Assembly (NCBI GenBank): GCA_001567355.1 | Contig: JYNZ01000003.1 | Coordinates: 274,124 to 338,123, forward strand | Source of the DNA: a candidate division WS6 bacterium OLB20 | GTDB taxonomy: Bacteria; Patescibacteriota; Dojkabacteria; B142; OLB20 | Reading direction: 5' to 3' | DNA length: 64,000 nt | Shown here: piece by piece, positions 60,224 through 64,000 of the stretch | Position numbering within the stretch: position 1 is the first letter of the stretch | Layout of the letters: every line of letters starts with the position of its first letter | The notes under the pieces: model-generated | What the model was told of the DNA's origin: nothing | Database searches by the model: none | The model's input: only the letters and a program-made list of their open reading frames with translations | Position numbers and translations under genes: made by a program

Positions 60224-60994
60224 TTAATCCTTGTAGCGGATCTCGATATCGTTGATGGTAAGGACTTCAAGAGGTCGAGGGCTTTGTGAAAGCGGGTTAT
60301 CTACAGCTACGCTGCCAAGTTCATCTATCAGTTGCGTATTCTGTGTTACTTCTGCAAAAACCGTATGTCTGCCCGTTAATGCTGCTAGCTGCTCATTTTC
60401 ACGGTCACCAAGCACGATAAAAAACTGACTTCCGGAAGTGTTCGGTCCGACAGATGCCATTGCCAGTCTGTATTTAGCAATGCGTTTTGATGGTACCCGC
60501 GGTGTACTCGTGTATCCTTCCTGTTCCAGTTTTGAACGCAACTCCTGATCAAAGTCGAGCGCATCCCAGTTTATTTCATCACCGATCACATACCCCGGAC
60601 CGCCGAGTGAATCATTTGACGGATCCGCATCCTTTGATGTATCACTTCCTCCCTGCAGCAGAACTCCGGGGACAAGCCGGTGAAAGGACGTTCCGTCATA
60701 GTAATCCTGTGCAGCAAGATAGACAAAACTGTTAACCGTGTTAGGCGCGGCAGTCTCAAACAGATCGACTGTAAAGTCGCCCCTGTTTGTCCTGATTACA
60801 GCCTCGTAATCCCTGCCGGGTTCAAGTCCCGGACTGGAAGGCCGTGGTGTGAGTGTCGCAGACGTACCGGGTACAAATCTGAAGTCATCAAACGTGACTC
60901 TGCCTACCTGGCTCTGCAGCCCGAACATGACCAGGATCATCAGCAGGATCGATCCTATTATATAGAGCCAGAATTGCTTGTTCTCCTTAAACAT
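60224..60994 (-). CDS. cyclophilin-type peptidyl-prolyl cis-trans isomerase, membrane anchored
   Basis: FHRLVPGVLLQGG, GSQFFIVLGD; N-terminal TM helix. Confidence 0.85.
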   Translation of the reverse strand: MFKENKQFWLYIIGSILLMILVMFGLQSQVGRVTFDDFRFVPGTSATLTPRPSSPGLEPGRDYEAVIRTNRGDFTVDLFETAAPNTVNSFVYLAAQDYYDGTSFHRLVPGVLLQGGSDTSKDADPSNDSLGGPGYVIGDEINWDALDFDQELRSKLEQEGYTSTPRVPSKRIAKYRLAMASVGPNTSGSQFFIVLGDRENEQLAALTGRHTVFAEVTQNTQLIDELGSVAVDNPLSQSPRPLEVLTINDIEIRYKD

Positions 60995-61468
60995 AACATT
61001 CGTGTATCACTCCTCCAGTATACACTATCCGGCATTCTAGAACGAACCGGATGCCCGAATGCTGCCAGCGCGAAAACACCTGAACGTCAAGACAAAACAA
61101 ATTGAACAATAGTAAAGCGACAGATACTGTCGCAACGAAGCCCGATGCAAAACAGGCCATGTCGCTTGAGAAAGATATAGCATCTCCGGATACAGGAAAA
61201 AATGACGACGCGATCTGATGTCATTCAGCATGCTTCAACTCCGCAGATGACCGGCAGCATTCTGACTGGCACATTTCAGATTCTGAGACCAATTAAGCAC
61301 GATTTCGCAAGTTATCCCCCCTGGTCCCCCGACTGTTACGAAACATAAGTTTCACGGATCTTGCGTATCTTTATGCCGCATTGCGTGGAAAACTATCCGG
61401 AAACGAGTAGTGTAGACATTTTATCCTATAGCGAATCCGCTACCGAACAAATACCGACAATACGACGA

Positions 61469-62209
61469 TTAATCATAATAGTCGTCCAGTGATCTTCCGG
61501 TCATATACTCCATATCCTCGAGTTCCTCGTTTGCAAGCATCCTGTATATCACCTGATTCACCCAGTACTGATCTGTGCTGCCATAACCTGCATACAGCAC
61601 CTCGATCACATCGTGCCCGCTTTCCGGTACTCTGAAGCCGATTGACGACAGTCCGATGCCAAGCCTGCCATACCAGCTGCCTGCAAGCGACTCGGCAATG
61701 ACATATTCCGATCCACATGACTGCCTCGCCGGAAATACCTTCCGGATACCAAGCTCTCTGGCTGTAAACAGAAGACGCCTGAGATCAGTTTCGTAGCCTG
61801 TGCTGATCACTCCGAGGGTCGGCTGGATCATTTCGGGATCATTCCTTACAAAGCTGGATTCCGCCAGCAGCTCCTGATCCCTTCTTACCAGCACTGTCTG
61901 CAAAGGGATGTTACCGACAACCGGCAAATGATCCTCAAGACATGAGCGCAGCGTCAGCAGCACCTCACCCGACTGAGATTTAGTGACAGCAGCCCGCAGC
62001 ATCTCTTCGGGCTCACCGTACTCATCTGCAAGCTCCTCGGCAGAAACCGAAACCATTGCATATATGTCCGGTTTCCAGGGAAACGGATACATCGACTGAT
62101 AATGCGATCGCAGCATCGCAGTTTCTGCCGCAGCTGTCTGTTGCTCCCGCGGCGAAAGATCTCTATAATGCATTTCTATACTCGATATATCTAGATATGA
62201 TTGTACCAC
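61469..62209 (-). CDS. hypothetical protein
   Basis: 246-aa ORF, no recognisable motifs. Confidence 0.45.
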   Translation of the reverse strand: MVQSYLDISSIEMHYRDLSPREQQTAAAETAMLRSHYQSMYPFPWKPDIYAMVSVSAEELADEYGEPEEMLRAAVTKSQSGEVLLTLRSCLEDHLPVVGNIPLQTVLVRRDQELLAESSFVRNDPEMIQPTLGVISTGYETDLRRLLFTARELGIRKVFPARQSCGSEYVIAESLAGSWYGRLGIGLSSIGFRVPESGHDVIEVLYAGYGSTDQYWVNQVIYRMLANEELEDMEYMTGRSLDDYYD

Positions 62210-62260
62210 AGGATGATCCGGAGATTGTGCTATACTGAACTGCGAACGAACACGTTAACA

Positions 62261-63931
62261 ATGCTCAAGACAGTTGCAGGAGTCGTTGTAGGTTGTCTGG
62301 TACTCGCTGGCAGCACTCAGGTGTCTGCCCAGACTGTTACACCCAGCTCAACTCCTACACCCTCTCCGACAATCGCACTGTCACCTGCCCCTGACGTAAG
62401 TGCTCCTGTGATTACAATTACATCGCCTGTTCAGTACTCGACCCTCTCAGGTTCAGTGCAGATACAGGCAACTATTTCTGATCCCAATCTCAGTCATTAC
62501 TATCTGAGTATCAGGAACGCTGCAGGAACCGTTGTGGGAGGTAGGGGGACTATTACAGCAGCCGGGCCGGAAATTCAAGTTAATTACACATTCAACACCG
62601 CATCTGTTACTGACAGCAACTACCGGATCGTCCTGTCCGCCGCAGACACGCGTGGCAACACATCAACAAGAAACCGCTGGATCACCGTGATCAATTCAGC
62701 TGGCGTGACAGACCTTGCACCCGATATCGCATTCAGTATGTCTCCTGCACAGACACTCATAAAAGGCAGCGTCACGTTCAAGGCAACGGTACTTGATACC
62801 AATCTGAGCCATTACTATCTCGTTATCAAAAATGCAGCCAGTGAGATTGTTGGTGGATCCGGTATCATTTATGACAGCATTCCATTTGTCCAGAAAGATC
62901 TGCTTGTATGGGACTCAAAGACTGTTCAGGATGGAACGTATACCATAAGCTTTGCTGCGAGAGATATACCAGGCAACCAGGACGACGGATCCCGTGCCGA
63001 GCTGACCATTAAAGTTGATAATCAGAAACCGCTGGCATCGATCACAAACATTGCCCCTAGGGCAACCGTCAGTGGAGTCTTACCGGTACGTGCAACCATC
63101 AATGATGAGAACCTCAGTCACTATTATCTCGCAATCAGGGACGTCAGCGGCGCAAAGATTGCCGGTCCGGGTACGGTGACTGTCTCCCAGCCGGTCACCG
63201 ATACAGAGCTGATGAGCTGGAATACAACGAGTGTTGCTGATGGCACTTACAGCATCCAGCTCTCAGTTGCCGATCTTGATGGCGACGTCACCCTGTTTAC
63301 CCGGCTGGTGAATGTCAATAATTCCGGTCCGGTTGATGACAATCCGCCAATAATTTTCCTCAAACAGCCCTCCGCTTTTGCAGCAAAAAACGTGGCATTC
63401 ACCGGGGGTGTCCTTGATACTGATCTGACAAACTACACATTCTCGATAACCGATTCCACGGGCACGGTCATGGCAGGGACGGGAACGGTCGCCTCTACTG
63501 CCGGGTTCACCAGCAGGGAGATCTTCACCTGGGACAGCAGAACAGCACCTGACGGTCACTACACTGCAGTATTGCGAGCAACAGATGCTGCCGGCAGAGA
63601 ATCTGTGGCCAGCCATACATTCACCGTTGACAATACGTCACCTGTTGCAGATGTATATGTGCCTTCGCTTACCATCGGTTTTATCAATATATTCGGCACT
63701 GTTGATGATGCCAATATCAGTCACTACTACATGTCCATCCGCAACAGCTCAGGACAGGTTGTCGGCGGACCGGGAACGGTTCAGGTTGATACCGGGCTTC
63801 TGGGTATTCAGCTCTACACATGGGTGTACCTGGGACTGCCGCGAGGTTACTACACGATAGAATTGCATGTTGCTGATAAGGCAGGCAACACGACCAGCGA
63901 CACCCTTGATGTATACATCTTCGGCCTCTAG
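62261..63931 (+). CDS. secreted protein with five tandem ~105-aa Ig-like repeats (N[LI]SHYY[LM]xI[RK]...G..G[TS][VI])
   Basis: Signal peptide MLKTVAGVVVGCLVLAGSTQVSAQ; repeats begin near 62480, 62795, 63105, 63415, 63715 (period about 310 nt). Confidence 0.75.
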   Translation: MLKTVAGVVVGCLVLAGSTQVSAQTVTPSSTPTPSPTIALSPAPDVSAPVITITSPVQYSTLSGSVQIQATISDPNLSHYYLSIRNAAGTVVGGRGTITAAGPEIQVNYTFNTASVTDSNYRIVLSAADTRGNTSTRNRWITVINSAGVTDLAPDIAFSMSPAQTLIKGSVTFKATVLDTNLSHYYLVIKNAASEIVGGSGIIYDSIPFVQKDLLVWDSKTVQDGTYTISFAARDIPGNQDDGSRAELTIKVDNQKPLASITNIAPRATVSGVLPVRATINDENLSHYYLAIRDVSGAKIAGPGTVTVSQPVTDTELMSWNTTSVADGTYSIQLSVADLDGDVTLFTRLVNVNNSGPVDDNPPIIFLKQPSAFAAKNVAFTGGVLDTDLTNYTFSITDSTGTVMAGTGTVASTAGFTSREIFTWDSRTAPDGHYTAVLRATDAAGRESVASHTFTVDNTSPVADVYVPSLTIGFINIFGTVDDANISHYYMSIRNSSGQVVGGPGTVQVDTGLLGIQLYTWVYLGLPRGYYTIELHVADKAGNTTSDTLDVYIFGL

Positions 63932-64000
63932 GAGCTTAACCTGCCGGCGATGTATAATCCGTTCATTATTAGCTTGTATACGTGAGCACGACCCCTGGCG

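Noticed and set aside
61000-61468. 470-bp intergenic region as a structured ncRNA (SRP RNA, RNase P or tmRNA)
   Set aside because: No conserved SRP domain-IV, RNase P P4 or tmRNA tag-like motifs recognisable by eye; left unannotated
1-64000. CRISPR arrays, rRNA genes, transposases or IS elements
   Set aside because: No short regularly spaced direct repeats, no rRNA-like segments, and no transposase-like or integrase-like ORFs were seen anywhere in the window

Overview
This 64-kb window looks like a gene-dense, small-genome bacterium, possibly a Patescibacteria/CPR-like lineage (low confidence). It has housekeeping operons on both strands, secreted repetitive proteins, a DNA-uptake cluster, and TGA used as a stop codon.

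Recognisable content, left to right:
- prfA (3' end) and prmC.
- Two PDZ proteases, htrA-like and ctpA-like.
- The rpsF-ssb-rpsR operon.
- A 2143-aa repeat-rich surface protein, 9711..16142 (-).
- ychF, a beta-CASP RNase, cca and cysS.
- recR, ybaB and dnaX.
- rpsU, rseP, frr, tsf and rpsB.
- topA and dprA.
- mrdA-mreD-mreC-mreB.
- Five tRNAs: Thr-GGU, Tyr, Thr-UGU, Trp and Arg-CCU.
- rpmG, tRNA-Trp, secE, nusG and rplK-rplA-rplJ-rplL.
- comEA with a split comEC.
- tmk and two tandem ndk paralogs.
- A cyclophilin PPIase.
- A secreted protein with five ~105-aa tandem repeats.

The most unusual locus lies immediately downstream of the rplL terminator, at 44004..50792. It is a contiguous cluster of four ATP-grasp ligases plus a Mur-ligase-like (cyanophycin-synthetase M-domain-like) protein. 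The cluster also includes a 7TM membrane protein, and the first ATP-grasp is fused to a retropepsin-like DTGA domain. This is a candidate peptide or poly-amino-acid amidoligase system with no obvious target or partner hydrolase.

At least eight conserved genes carry single-base frameshifts: ychF, cca, dnaX, tsf, dprA, mrdA, one ATP-grasp gene, and probably others. Several of these sit in homopolymer runs. This points to an indel-prone assembly, or less likely to genuine pseudogenisation.

The 3' end of tRNA-Arg is duplicated as a 29-nt direct repeat 195 bp downstream, resembling an att-like integration scar.
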